Positions 31,425 to 39,870 of a stretch of 44,100 nt of DNA are shown piece after piece. The stretch lies in NCBI GenBank assembly GCA_048939445.1, contig JBHLPN010000002.1, forward strand, positions 1 to 44,100, given 5' to 3'. Numbering within the stretch: the stretch's first letter is position 1; every line of letters begins with the position of its first letter. This stretch comes from Promethearchaeota archaeon (GTDB lineage Archaea > Asgardarchaeota > Lokiarchaeia > Sigyniarchaeales > SOKP01). Made by a program: the position numbers and the translations under genes. Under the pieces are notes generated by a model. The model had not been told where the DNA came from. It worked only from the letters and a program-made list of their open reading frames with translations, and made no database searches.

Positions 31425-32504
31425 TTACTCAAAATATTGTTCAAACAACTTTAACTCTTTTGATATCTTATTTAAATCAGACATTTCTGCTTCAGAGGGG
31501 AGTTCCTCCTCATAAATATCATAGAGTTTTAATTTAAGATTTTTTCTAACTTGTTTTTCTAATTTATTTATTTTTTGTTTAGTTGCAAAATACTTTATCA
31601 TTTTAAACTTCAATTTAGTTATTTTCTTTTCCCATTCCTTAGTAAAATCTCCATCCTGAATTTCTCTTAAAATCCTAGCCATCTTATCCTTAAGAGGGAG
31701 TTTCCTAAATCTTATACCTCTGCTCATAGCTCCATATTGGCTTGTTTGAGAATGAAAGTCTACTTGTTTTACTAATCCAACATCTGCCATCTTCTTATAT
31801 GTATAGGACATCTCATTACTCATGTACATTTCTATTAATACTGCTTCTGGAGGATAACCTGCATCAATTAAAGTGTAAATACTTGATAATAAAACTCTTC
31901 CAAACGCGGGACCAAATGCTTGTTCATTAAATAAATCTAATTCTGCTTCTTGTTTGAAACTTAACATTATCGCGCCTTTTTTCAAGGTTCCAATACCTTT
32001 GGCTAGGGAAAGCAAAATCTCCTTAGCTTTACCAGAAGCATCTTGTTCAATTCCAATGAAACTAAAAAAGCCTACATTTTTTAAGAAATTCTCTCTCACA
32101 CCGACTCCAATCATTCTAGGAGCAATCATTATTACATCTACATCTTCAGGGGGACTTAATAGTCCAAAACCAATATTATATCCACTGGCAAAAACTATTG
32201 TAGATTTAGGTTTTAGGTTTGATTTAATATCTTTCTCAAATATGAAATTCATAATATCATCTGGAAGAAGCAAAAATATTATATCTGATTTAATGGAAGC
32301 TTCTTTAATTGTAAAAACTGGAAAATTATCCTTTAAAGCAACACTTCGATACTTATCTTCAATATTACCCACAATTATGTTTAAGCCAGAATCTCTTAAA
32401 TTAAGAGCTTGAGCTCTTCCTTGGTTTCCATAACCGATAATACCTACCGTCTTATCTTTTAAAATTGAGAGATTTCCATCTAATTCATAAAATATATCTA
32501 CCAT
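31425..32504 (-). CDS. ilvC: Ketol-acid reductoisomerase (class I)
   Basis: 359 aa. GIIGYGNQGRAQALNLRDSG Rossmann motif, LFNEQAFGP.., SQYGAMS. Confidence 0.9.
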   Translation of the reverse strand: MVDIFYELDGNLSILKDKTVGIIGYGNQGRAQALNLRDSGLNIIVGNIEDKYRSVALKDNFPVFTIKEASIKSDIIFLLLPDDIMNFIFEKDIKSNLKPKSTIVFASGYNIGFGLLSPPEDVDVIMIAPRMIGVGVRENFLKNVGFFSFIGIEQDASGKAKEILLSLAKGIGTLKKGAIMLSFKQEAELDLFNEQAFGPAFGRVLLSSIYTLIDAGYPPEAVLIEMYMSNEMSYTYKKMADVGLVKQVDFHSQTSQYGAMSRGIRFRKLPLKDKMARILREIQDGDFTKEWEKKITKLKFKMIKYFATKQKINKLEKQVRKNLKLKLYDIYEEELPSEAEMSDLNKISKELKLFEQYFE

Positions 32505-32575
32505 TTTTATTCTACCTTAAGTTAAATGCATTGTTAATTATTAAATCAGTTAGAACTATGATTTGATTACTTTTT

Positions 32576-33169
32576 TTATAGTAATCGATCATAATCCAAT
32601 TTATTTTTCTCTAATATTTTAATAACAAGTTCTTTGAAAATTAAATTTATATTATAATTCTCTTTCGAAGAAGTTTTATAAAAGTCATTTTCTTCATGCC
32701 TTTCCATGAACCTTTTAATTACTAAATCGTCCACTTTAGATTTATCATTTGCAATTTTCACGAGATCGTTTTTTGCTCCAACACATATTCTCGGTGTAAA
32801 TCCATGATTATAATCAACAAGTCTTTCATACCACCAATCTAATCTTAGCAAAGTTTGAAGATCTATTAAATCAAAAACCATAAAAATTCCATTAGCTCCA
32901 TTAATATAATATGGAAATAATTTTTTGAATTGCTCGCGTCCACCAAAATCCCATATACTAATTCGAACGAATGTTTCTTCACCATTGACAATAATTGGAA
33001 GATCTTTTGTATAGAATTCAATTCCTAACGTTTCTTTTGTATTTACATCAAAAGTATTAAAACATAATCGTCTAGCAATACACGTTTTCCCTACACGTTC
33101 CTGACCCAAAATTGTAATCTTAAAAATGTAAACTGGTTTTTCTTTATCGTTCATCTCTGAAATAGGCAT
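32576..33169 (-). CDS. Ras-superfamily small GTPase (Rab/Ras-like)
   Basis: 197 aa. G1 GQERVGKT. G2 region ETLGIEF. G3 WDFGGRE. G4-like GAKNDL. G5-like TSSKEN. Confidence 0.8.
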   Translation of the reverse strand: MPISEMNDKEKPVYIFKITILGQERVGKTCIARRLCFNTFDVNTKETLGIEFYTKDLPIIVNGEETFVRISIWDFGGREQFKKLFPYYINGANGIFMVFDLIDLQTLLRLDWWYERLVDYNHGFTPRICVGAKNDLVKIANDKSKVDDLVIKRFMERHEENDFYKTSSKENYNINLIFKELVIKILEKNKLDYDRLL

Positions 33170-33293
33170 TATTTATTCAGCCATGAGTTTAAAAGTTTTG
33201 TTAAACTTAAAAAAATATAAATTTAATAATAACAAATAAAAACTGGGATTTATAAGTTTTGGACTTAAACCTAAAATTCACGGTGAAAAAGTT

Positions 33294-33758
33294 TTGAATG
33301 AAAAAGATTTGTTTCCTGATTATAAAGCAAAAACAACTCCAGACACGGTTCATGACTATTTAAGAAAGCCTGATTCTATTGTGTTTGAGATTCTTGAAGA
33401 AATTGGTCCGCCAAGACTTGAAAAATTAAAAAGGATTTTTACTTACTTTAGAAAATATAATAAATATGCAAAGCAGAATCCAAGTTGCTATCAAAAAGGA
33501 AATATAGTTATAGGAGCTGACTCTGATCAGTACTACCCCTCAGACGAAGAGATTCTTGTTTCTGAATTGGGAAAATTGATTAAGGAGATTATTGATTCCA
33601 ATTCAAAGAAAGAAATTGATAAAGTCAAAAAAAAAGAAGGGATTAGTACTCAAAAAATAACATTTACTGAAATTTATTTCCGCCACGTTGATGTTATGGG
33701 ATCTGGTCGATTTTTTTATGCTGAGAAAAAAGAACCTGAAATTGAATTAAGAATTTAG
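33294..33758 (+). CDS. Hypothetical protein
   Basis: 154 aa ORF with TTG start, hydrophilic, no motif recognised. Divergent from the GTPase gene. Confidence 0.4.
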   Translation: MNEKDLFPDYKAKTTPDTVHDYLRKPDSIVFEILEEIGPPRLEKLKRIFTYFRKYNKYAKQNPSCYQKGNIVIGADSDQYYPSDEEILVSELGKLIKEIIDSNSKKEIDKVKKKEGISTQKITFTEIYFRHVDVMGSGRFFYAEKKEPEIELRI

Positions 33759-33785
33759 TAAATGTATTTTTCTTTAATAAATCTA

Positions 33786-34856
33786 TTAAGATTTGGTAAT
33801 ATTAGGATAACCTTTTAATACCAATTTTCCTTTTAAGAGAATTTCTAGATAAGATGGTTGTACATGTTGCCAAGCTCCATCATTAATTATTTCTACTTTC
33901 TGATTATTTATATTTCCATAAAAAATTCCACTATGATGAGAATGACCAAATACGATATGATTTATTTTTGAAAAATTATAATTATCATCCTCTAAAAATG
34001 CTTTTATTTCATCAAAATAATAATCAGGTTTACTCGCACGTTGCCAATTTTTCATTATTCGCATGTTTGCTTTAATTAAATTAAATTCTAAAAAACTTAA
34101 TTCAGAAAAAAGTGCATCTTGAGATTCTAGGCTTACATTTTTCAATTTAGCTAATTCTTCTTTCATTTTTTCAAACGTAATAGGTTTAAGTTTTCTTCCA
34201 TTCTTGATTATTTCGTTCCAGAAATAATCGAAAGTCTCTTTAATTTCAAACTTATTATTAGAAATTAAAGACTTCCATATTTGTCCTACAAAAAATCTAT
34301 ATATCTCGCTATCACATTGGTATCCATGAAACATCAAACACCTATAATCTTCATCTAAGTCAAGTCCTTCTATTTTTACTTTATTAATAGGATTGTTTTC
34401 AATTTGATCTCGTGAATTATACAATAAAATCATATTATTATTGTTCTGCCTTTTTAATATTACGTATTGACATAATAATTCCTCATTAAACAACTCATTG
34501 AAATTGCTATTCTTAAATTTCTTTAAAAACTTTTCTTTTCGGCGATTAAATTTTTTATCATAATCTCCAGTAACAGGAATTTCATGATTTCCAAGAATAT
34601 AAATAATATTCATTTTTTTTTTAATCTCAAGTAAAAGTTTAAAAATTTCTTGAATTATTTCCCTTTTTAATAGAATTTCAAGAAGATCAGTACATAAATC
34701 AATAAAATCTCCTAAAATTATAAGGGCTTGTAGTTCATTTCCGAAAATTCCATTGACTATATCTTTTAAAAATTGAATAAATAAATCCCTTTCACTATCC
34801 AATGAACCTAAATGTATGTCTGAAACTGTTAAAATTCTAGGATTGATTACATCCAT
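33786..34856 (-). CDS. Calcineurin-like metallophosphoesterase
   Basis: 356 aa. VSDIHLG (DxH), ILGDFIDL (GDxxD), ILGNHE (GNHE), FHGY, FGHSHH motifs in canonical order, with a long insert between motifs III and IV. Confidence 0.8.
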   Translation of the reverse strand: MDVINPRILTVSDIHLGSLDSERDLFIQFLKDIVNGIFGNELQALIILGDFIDLCTDLLEILLKREIIQEIFKLLLEIKKKMNIIYILGNHEIPVTGDYDKKFNRRKEKFLKKFKNSNFNELFNEELLCQYVILKRQNNNNMILLYNSRDQIENNPINKVKIEGLDLDEDYRCLMFHGYQCDSEIYRFFVGQIWKSLISNNKFEIKETFDYFWNEIIKNGRKLKPITFEKMKEELAKLKNVSLESQDALFSELSFLEFNLIKANMRIMKNWQRASKPDYYFDEIKAFLEDDNYNFSKINHIVFGHSHHSGIFYGNINNQKVEIINDGAWQHVQPSYLEILLKGKLVLKGYPNITKS

Positions 34857-35369
34857 TTTTATTACTCCGATTTGATAGAAATTATTAATATTTTAATTAA
34901 AATAAAATATACAACAATTATTAAGGAAATTGCTTAAATTCTAAATTAAAGTAAAAGAAAATTTAATATTAAGATCTAAAAAAATTGCAAAGTTTTAAAA
35001 TACGAATCAAGAGTAATATATTGTGAACATTTGCAATGATTAATTAATTAAACTTTTATCTTATATAAGTTTCATTATAATGAGGCTGATAGATTTCACC
35101 CAAATATTAACAAGTTAAGAGTAAGTCTATCACAATTGCATCATTTGAAATCAAAAATTGATCATTTCTGATTAATTGAATTCAGTAATAAAAAATTTGT
35201 TAATTATTTTCATCAACTTTTTTTGTCGACTGTATTTGATTGATCAGATGTATCGGATTAATGATGATCAACCAACATATTTAAATATAAGAAATACTAA
35301 TTAAATTTTAAATACATTCAAAAAAAAAAAATAAAAAAAATTAATATAAATTAGTGGAGGAATAAGATA

Positions 35370-35576
35370 ATGGCCGCATTTGCTTGGAGTCCATTACGGG
35401 CTCTAATGAAGAAAGCCGGAGCAGAGATTGTAAGCCGAGCCGCAGTTGATAAATTAATGGACTATTTAGAAGAATATGCTAAAAGTTTAACTGGCTGTGC
35501 GCTTGATATTGCTAAACACTCTGGCAGAAAGAAAGTTACTGCTGCAGATATGAAAATTGCGATTGGTTTAGTATAA
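35370..35576 (+). CDS. Archaeal histone (HMf family, single histone fold)
   Basis: 68 aa. PLRALMKKAGAEIVSRAAVDKLMDYLEEYAKSLTGCALDIAKHSGRKKVTAADMKIA. GGAGG at 35356-35360, 9 nt before the ATG. Confidence 0.9.
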   Translation: MAAFAWSPLRALMKKAGAEIVSRAAVDKLMDYLEEYAKSLTGCALDIAKHSGRKKVTAADMKIAIGLV

Positions 35577-35699
35577 ATCGTTAATTCAGATTAAAATCAC
35601 GCGATTTTAATATTTTCAGCTCTTTTTTTTTATATTTATTTTTTACTAAATCATCCTACCTATTTATTTTAAATATAGTTCAAAAAATAACTTAATATT

Positions 35700-35882
35700 G
35701 TGTTAACAAATATAAAATGTGATAAATGTGGAGAGTTTATGACAGAAAATAGCATAAATCGGGATTATTGTTTAGAATCTACCCAACATAATTGTTCCAA
35801 ATGTGGATATTGTTATGAATCAGGATATAGATATAATACATTAACAAAACAATACATTAGATATGTGAGGTTTAATCCATAG
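35700..35882 (+). CDS. Small zinc-ribbon protein (hypothetical)
   Basis: 60 aa, GTG start, CDKCG...CSKCGYC. Its coding status is uncertain. Confidence 0.4.
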   Translation: MLTNIKCDKCGEFMTENSINRDYCLESTQHNCSKCGYCYESGYRYNTLTKQYIRYVRFNP

Positions 35883-35883
35883 C

Positions 35884-36372
35884 TTATAAAGTTCTTTGCA
35901 TCCATATGATATCAAAAAATTGATTGAATTTTTTAGCTATATTCTTAAATCTTCCACATTCAAAAAATCCATGTTTTTTATGGAAATTCAAGCTTTGTTG
36001 ATTTAAGGAAGATAAATTTACTAAAAGTATATATATTCCATGTTCTTCAGCGTCTTTAATTAATTTATTTAATAATAATGTGCCTAAACCTTTATTAGTA
36101 TATTTTTGATCAATAAAATAAGTTAACTGTCCTGTATGTTTAAAATTTTCATAAGGCAAGTAATTTTTTAAGAAGGCAAAGCCAATGACTCTTGTTCCTA
36201 ATACCAAAACGTAAAAAGAATGAGCTCTTTGTCTAATATTATTAAAAAAATTGATACTTACTTCATTTTCAGGGTAAGCAGCAAATCCATTTTTGATATA
36301 AGAGTTAAAAATCGATAAGACATTATTTAAATCAGAATCTTTAACATTTCTTATCCTAAATTCTTCTTTCAT
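35884..36372 (-). CDS. GNAT-family N-acetyltransferase
   Basis: 162 aa. Acetyl-CoA motif A region QKYTNKGLGTLLLNKLIKDAEEHG and C-terminal FHKKHGF. Confidence 0.8.
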   Translation of the reverse strand: MKEEFRIRNVKDSDLNNVLSIFNSYIKNGFAAYPENEVSINFFNNIRQRAHSFYVLVLGTRVIGFAFLKNYLPYENFKHTGQLTYFIDQKYTNKGLGTLLLNKLIKDAEEHGIYILLVNLSSLNQQSLNFHKKHGFFECGRFKNIAKKFNQFFDIIWMQRTL

Positions 36373-36440
36373 TATTATACTCCATAATTATTGGTATATC
36401 TATAAATCAAATAGAATCTTGTTTTAAAGATTTTTTTATT

Positions 36441-36510
36441 AAAAAAGAAAAAGATGATAATCCCTTAACCATTGCAGGGTTGTCATTGAATGTCTCGTTT
36501 TTTCACACTC
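36441..36510 (-). promoter_or_regulatory. Candidate SECIS-like stem-loop in the 3' UTR of the putative selenoprotein gene (weak)
   Basis: The mRNA reads GAGACAUUCA-AUGA-CAACCCUGCAAUGGUUAAGG-GA-UUAUCAUCUUUUUC. AUGA lies at 36483-36486 and GA at 36461-36462, so tandem G.A/A.G plus U.U pairs are possible. A short helix AACC/GGUU has an AA in its 7-nt loop. An alternative fold is AUGA/UCAU + CCC/GGG. A-run/U-run flanks could form a basal helix. Confidence 0.25.
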
Positions 36511-36513
36511 AAA

Positions 36514-37053
36514 TCATTCATAATTGGGATTAACAAGCTGATGATCAATTATATCCGTCATCATCTCTATTGAAGGTCTATCTGTTTTATCTTTTCCTAT
36601 ATATTTCCAAATAATCTTACCTTCTTTATTTATAAGAAATTTACTTGGTACTGCTTGTTTAATTTTGTAATTTTTTCCACCACCAGGGGCAAACCAGTAA
36701 ACATCGTATTCTTTTGCTATTTTTGCGCCTCTATCAGATACCATATCAACATTAAATTTATTTTCTTCTTTAAATTTCCTCAAAAGTCTGATGCTATCAC
36801 TAGCAATAGATATTAACTTAATCTTTCTGTTTTCAAATTCAGAGATATGTTCAGTCAACAACTTCAAGTGTTTTTTGCAATGACTTCACCAATTTCCTCG
36901 GAAAAAATCAATTAAAACTCCATCATATGTTTTGAGAAGATCTTTTAATTTTATCGGATTCTCGTAAATGTCAATTGTATCAATCATTGGTGCCATAATG
37001 TTTGTTTGTAATCCTTTAGGTCTTGGAGGTTCTTCTTCATTTGAGGTGTCCAT
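36514..37053 (-). CDS. Thioredoxin-fold AhpC/TSA-Redoxin-like protein with in-frame UGA (probable selenocysteine) at codon 56
   Basis: The frame is open from ATG 37051-37053 to TGA 36514-36516, with one internal TGA at 36886-36888. Context is VLIDFFRGNW-[TGA]-SHCKKHL...KLISIASDS...FLINKEGKIIW, so the TGA replaces the first Cys of WCxxC. The ORF track only reports the 3' part from a TTG. Confidence 0.7.
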
Positions 37054-37163
37054 ATTTATCGCTATATTTTTTTTATAATTATTTAATTAACTTAATCATA
37101 TTAAACATGTGTTTATTGTTTAATTGATGATAATTTAAATAAGTTTTAAGAAATATTATTTAT

Positions 37164-37700
37164 TTACTCGCTTGAAAACCTTTCGAATAGAATTTCTGTC
37201 ATCACTTCGAAAGTGGTTTCGACATTAGCTCCTGTTTTAGAAGATAATTCAACAAAAGACGCGAGATTGTATTTTTTTGCTGCCAGTATTCCGTCATCTC
37301 GAGGAACTACTCTAAATTCATCTAGATCTACTTTTGAGCCAATTAACATTATTGGTATATCTCCTGCATATTCTCTAATCACTTGTGTCCAATCAGGAAG
37401 GTGATCTAATGATAATTGATTCGTAATATCATATAAGAAAAAAGCTCCATTTGCACCTTTACAGTATTGGGAAAGTAAGAATCTGAATCTTTCTTCTCCT
37501 CCAAAATCCCATATCTGTAGTTTTACTTTTTTTCCTTTGAATGATGTTGTTTTTGAATAAAAATCAACGCCTATTGTTAATTTTAGATCTTCTTGAAAAT
37601 ACCCCGAAATGTATCTTATTGTAAGAGATGTTTTTCCCACTGAAGCATCTCCCAACATTAATACTTTAAATGTATAATCGTATTTTGTCACTCTAATCAA
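37164..37700 (-). CDS. Ras-superfamily small GTPase (Rab-like)
   Basis: 178 aa. G1 GDASVGKTS. G2 LTIGVDF. G3 WDFGGEERF. G4-like GSKVDL. G5 LSSKTGANV. TTG start in the track, with an alternative GTG three codons later. Confidence 0.85.
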   Translation of the reverse strand: MIRVTKYDYTFKVLMLGDASVGKTSLTIRYISGYFQEDLKLTIGVDFYSKTTSFKGKKVKLQIWDFGGEERFRFLLSQYCKGANGAFFLYDITNQLSLDHLPDWTQVIREYAGDIPIMLIGSKVDLDEFRVVPRDDGILAAKKYNLASFVELSSKTGANVETTFEVMTEILFERFSSE

Positions 37701-37853
37701 TATTATTGTTATTTTGGGGGTTTTTCCTAGATAGGTAAATGGTTAGATTAAATCTTAGTATTAAAATAGATTTAATTTTAATCTATAATATAAATATAAT
37801 ATTAATTAATTTTTGTTTAATTTAAAAGTATTAATATCATAAGAAGATAGAAA

Positions 37854-38498
37854 TCATATTACCATTAATAGTACATTAAAACAAGAATGAGCGATTGAAC
37901 AAGGAATTATTGAATAATTAAAATATACAAAAATCAGAGCTAAGAGAAGACCAAAAGTAAAATAATACCCAAAAAAAGTTATAATGGTAGATACTGGTAC
38001 TAAGAATGGAGGAACATGATAAAGTGTAAAAATGGTGGATGAAATAACAATTGAATAGAATAATTTTAATTTTATATTAAATTTTTTAATAAGAAATCCT
38101 CTGAAAAAGGCTTCCTCGCACGGTCCGACAACAATTATCTGTAAAGTTGTTAAAATGATTAATTGAATAAAAGTAGGTTGGATGGGGGCTGTGCTAATAA
38201 CTCCTTCTTGAGCCTGGTTCACAAATTCAGCACCAAATAAATTTCTAATAATGAAATCTTTAAAAAATATTATAATATAATCACTAAAGAAGAAAAACAA
38301 GATACCAAAACCTAAGCCTGAAATTACTTTAATAAGTAAGTCTTCATTTTTTTGAAATCCCATCTCTTTTAATACGTCTGTAAATGATTGATTTTTCAAT
38401 CTACTAAAGATTAAAGCAGGAAGGATGGTTAAAAGTGTCTCTAAAAGCATTAATCCAATTAAAATCCAAGAGTTTTCTCCCAACTGGACAGTCATCAT
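37854..38498 (-). CDS. CPBP-family intramembrane glutamic endopeptidase (CAAX protease-like)
   Basis: 214 aa multi-TM. Motifs CEEAFFRGF (EExxxR), FTLYH and IAHSCFN. Confidence 0.8.
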   Translation of the reverse strand: MMTVQLGENSWILIGLMLLETLLTILPALIFSRLKNQSFTDVLKEMGFQKNEDLLIKVISGLGFGILFFFFSDYIIIFFKDFIIRNLFGAEFVNQAQEGVISTAPIQPTFIQLIILTTLQIIVVGPCEEAFFRGFLIKKFNIKLKLFYSIVISSTIFTLYHVPPFLVPVSTIITFFGYYFTFGLLLALIFVYFNYSIIPCSIAHSCFNVLLMVI

Positions 38499-38589
38499 AT
38501 CTATTATTTTTATTTTGAATTATTGCTTAAAAATCAAAAAATTAAAGATCTCATTATTATTATTATTAATTCTATTATTTGTACTTTTA

Positions 38590-39870
38590 ATGACAATTAG
38601 AGATAAATTTGTTAATTCAGAAAACTCTAATTTTCAAAATTTCTCTCGTGATAAAGAGATTATTAAGAATTTAGGATTTACAAAAGAGCAACTTCTATTA
38701 AAAAATCTTAAAATAATCGCACAAGAATATTTAGCACTTGAAAAATTAAAGAATTCTTTTATCAACATTGTTCTTAAAAATATTGATGATTTAAGTTTTT
38801 CTCAATTTATAGATTTCCCTAAATTTTATATTAAAGAACAATTTCTGAAAAAAAAAGTCCAATCTGCAAATATTAGAGGATTAAACATAGTAAGCGTCGA
38901 TGGAAGCTCTGTTACTAAGAAATTTGTGAATGTAGATTTCTCATTTTTAAAAGCTATAGCTGTAAAATATTATTTCCAAAAAAACCATATAGCAAATATT
39001 GGGTATTTTCCCGACCTAAACGGTTTTAATAATTATTTAGTGCAAGGTAACCTACTCAATAGTGATGAAACAACAGTTGAAACTAAAATCTCTATAGATA
39101 TGACTTTCATGGAAATTAATCTATTAAATAATATGATTAGAAAGCATTCTGATATTGATATGATAATAATTGATGGGTCGATTGTTATCATGCCAATTAA
39201 TTTGGTATTTTCCAAAGATCCTGAAATATCTAAAATGTATGATAAATTATTGAAAGAATATCATAAGTTATACTTAAATTGTAAAGAAAATGGGATATTA
39301 CTAATTGGTTCAATTAAAGATACTAGAACATCTGCTTTATGTCATTTATTAATGGATTCTATACAATTACTAAAACCAAATCAATCAAGATTAACAGATT
39401 TCATTAAAACTGATTATCGAAAAGTAATGGAATATTTTTCTGATCTAGATTTATTTAATAGAATTATGAGTAAGTCTGAGAGAACTTGCATCTTTAATTG
39501 CAAAAGAGAAATTGATAAAATAAGAGATACAGGTATTAAAAAAGAAATTCCCTATTATTTTCCTCTAACATTCTATGCGTTTTATTTAAAAACTGCTCAA
39601 TATGATACTCCTTGTAGAATTGAGTTTTTCATGGATGAGAAACACTCCTTTAAAAAGGCTTCAGAGAAAGCCGATTTAATCACTTCTATTTTATTGCCAA
39701 TTTCAAGTTTGAATGAGCATTATGCATTACCAATCCCTCAAATTGAAGCTCATAGGAGAGCTGTTTTCAAACCGAAAGAAGTTGACGTTTTATTCAATAA
39801 TTTAACTAGAACTTTAAACACTCATGGCATATCTTTATTAGAAAAAAGAAGAAATAGAAGACCTTTTTAA
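38590..39870 (+). CDS. nurA: NurA-domain nuclease
   Basis: Motifs IVSVDGSS, FMEINLL, DMIIIDGSIVIMP, LIGSIKDTRTS and ALPIPQIEAHRRA occur in the order expected for NurA. I prefer the ATG at 38590. The track start at 38425 would overlap the divergent CPBP gene by 74 nt. Confidence 0.7.
   Translation: MTIRDKFVNSENSNFQNFSRDKEIIKNLGFTKEQLLLKNLKIIAQEYLALEKLKNSFINIVLKNIDDLSFSQFIDFPKFYIKEQFLKKKVQSANIRGLNIVSVDGSSVTKKFVNVDFSFLKAIAVKYYFQKNHIANIGYFPDLNGFNNYLVQGNLLNSDETTVETKISIDMTFMEINLLNNMIRKHSDIDMIIIDGSIVIMPINLVFSKDPEISKMYDKLLKEYHKLYLNCKENGILLIGSIKDTRTSALCHLLMDSIQLLKPNQSRLTDFIKTDYRKVMEYFSDLDLFNRIMSKSERTCIFNCKREIDKIRDTGIKKEIPYYFPLTFYAFYLKTAQYDTPCRIEFFMDEKHSFKKASEKADLITSILLPISSLNEHYALPIPQIEAHRRAVFKPKEVDVLFNNLTRTLNTHGISLLEKRRNRRPF

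Noticed and set aside
33786-34856. The metallophosphoesterase considered as an Mre11 partner for the NurA gene.
   Set aside because: It lies 3.7 kb away with unrelated genes between. Its motif spacing and N-terminus resemble LpxH/YfcE-type phosphoesterases more than Mre11, and no Rad50 or HerA is nearby.
38425-38589. The longer N-terminal extension of the NurA ORF given in the track (start at 38425).
   Set aside because: It would overlap the divergent CPBP protease coding region by 74 nt. Its translation there looks like antisense-derived low-complexity sequence (LLLLLILLFVLL). The ATG at 38590 leaves a normal 91-nt divergent spacer.
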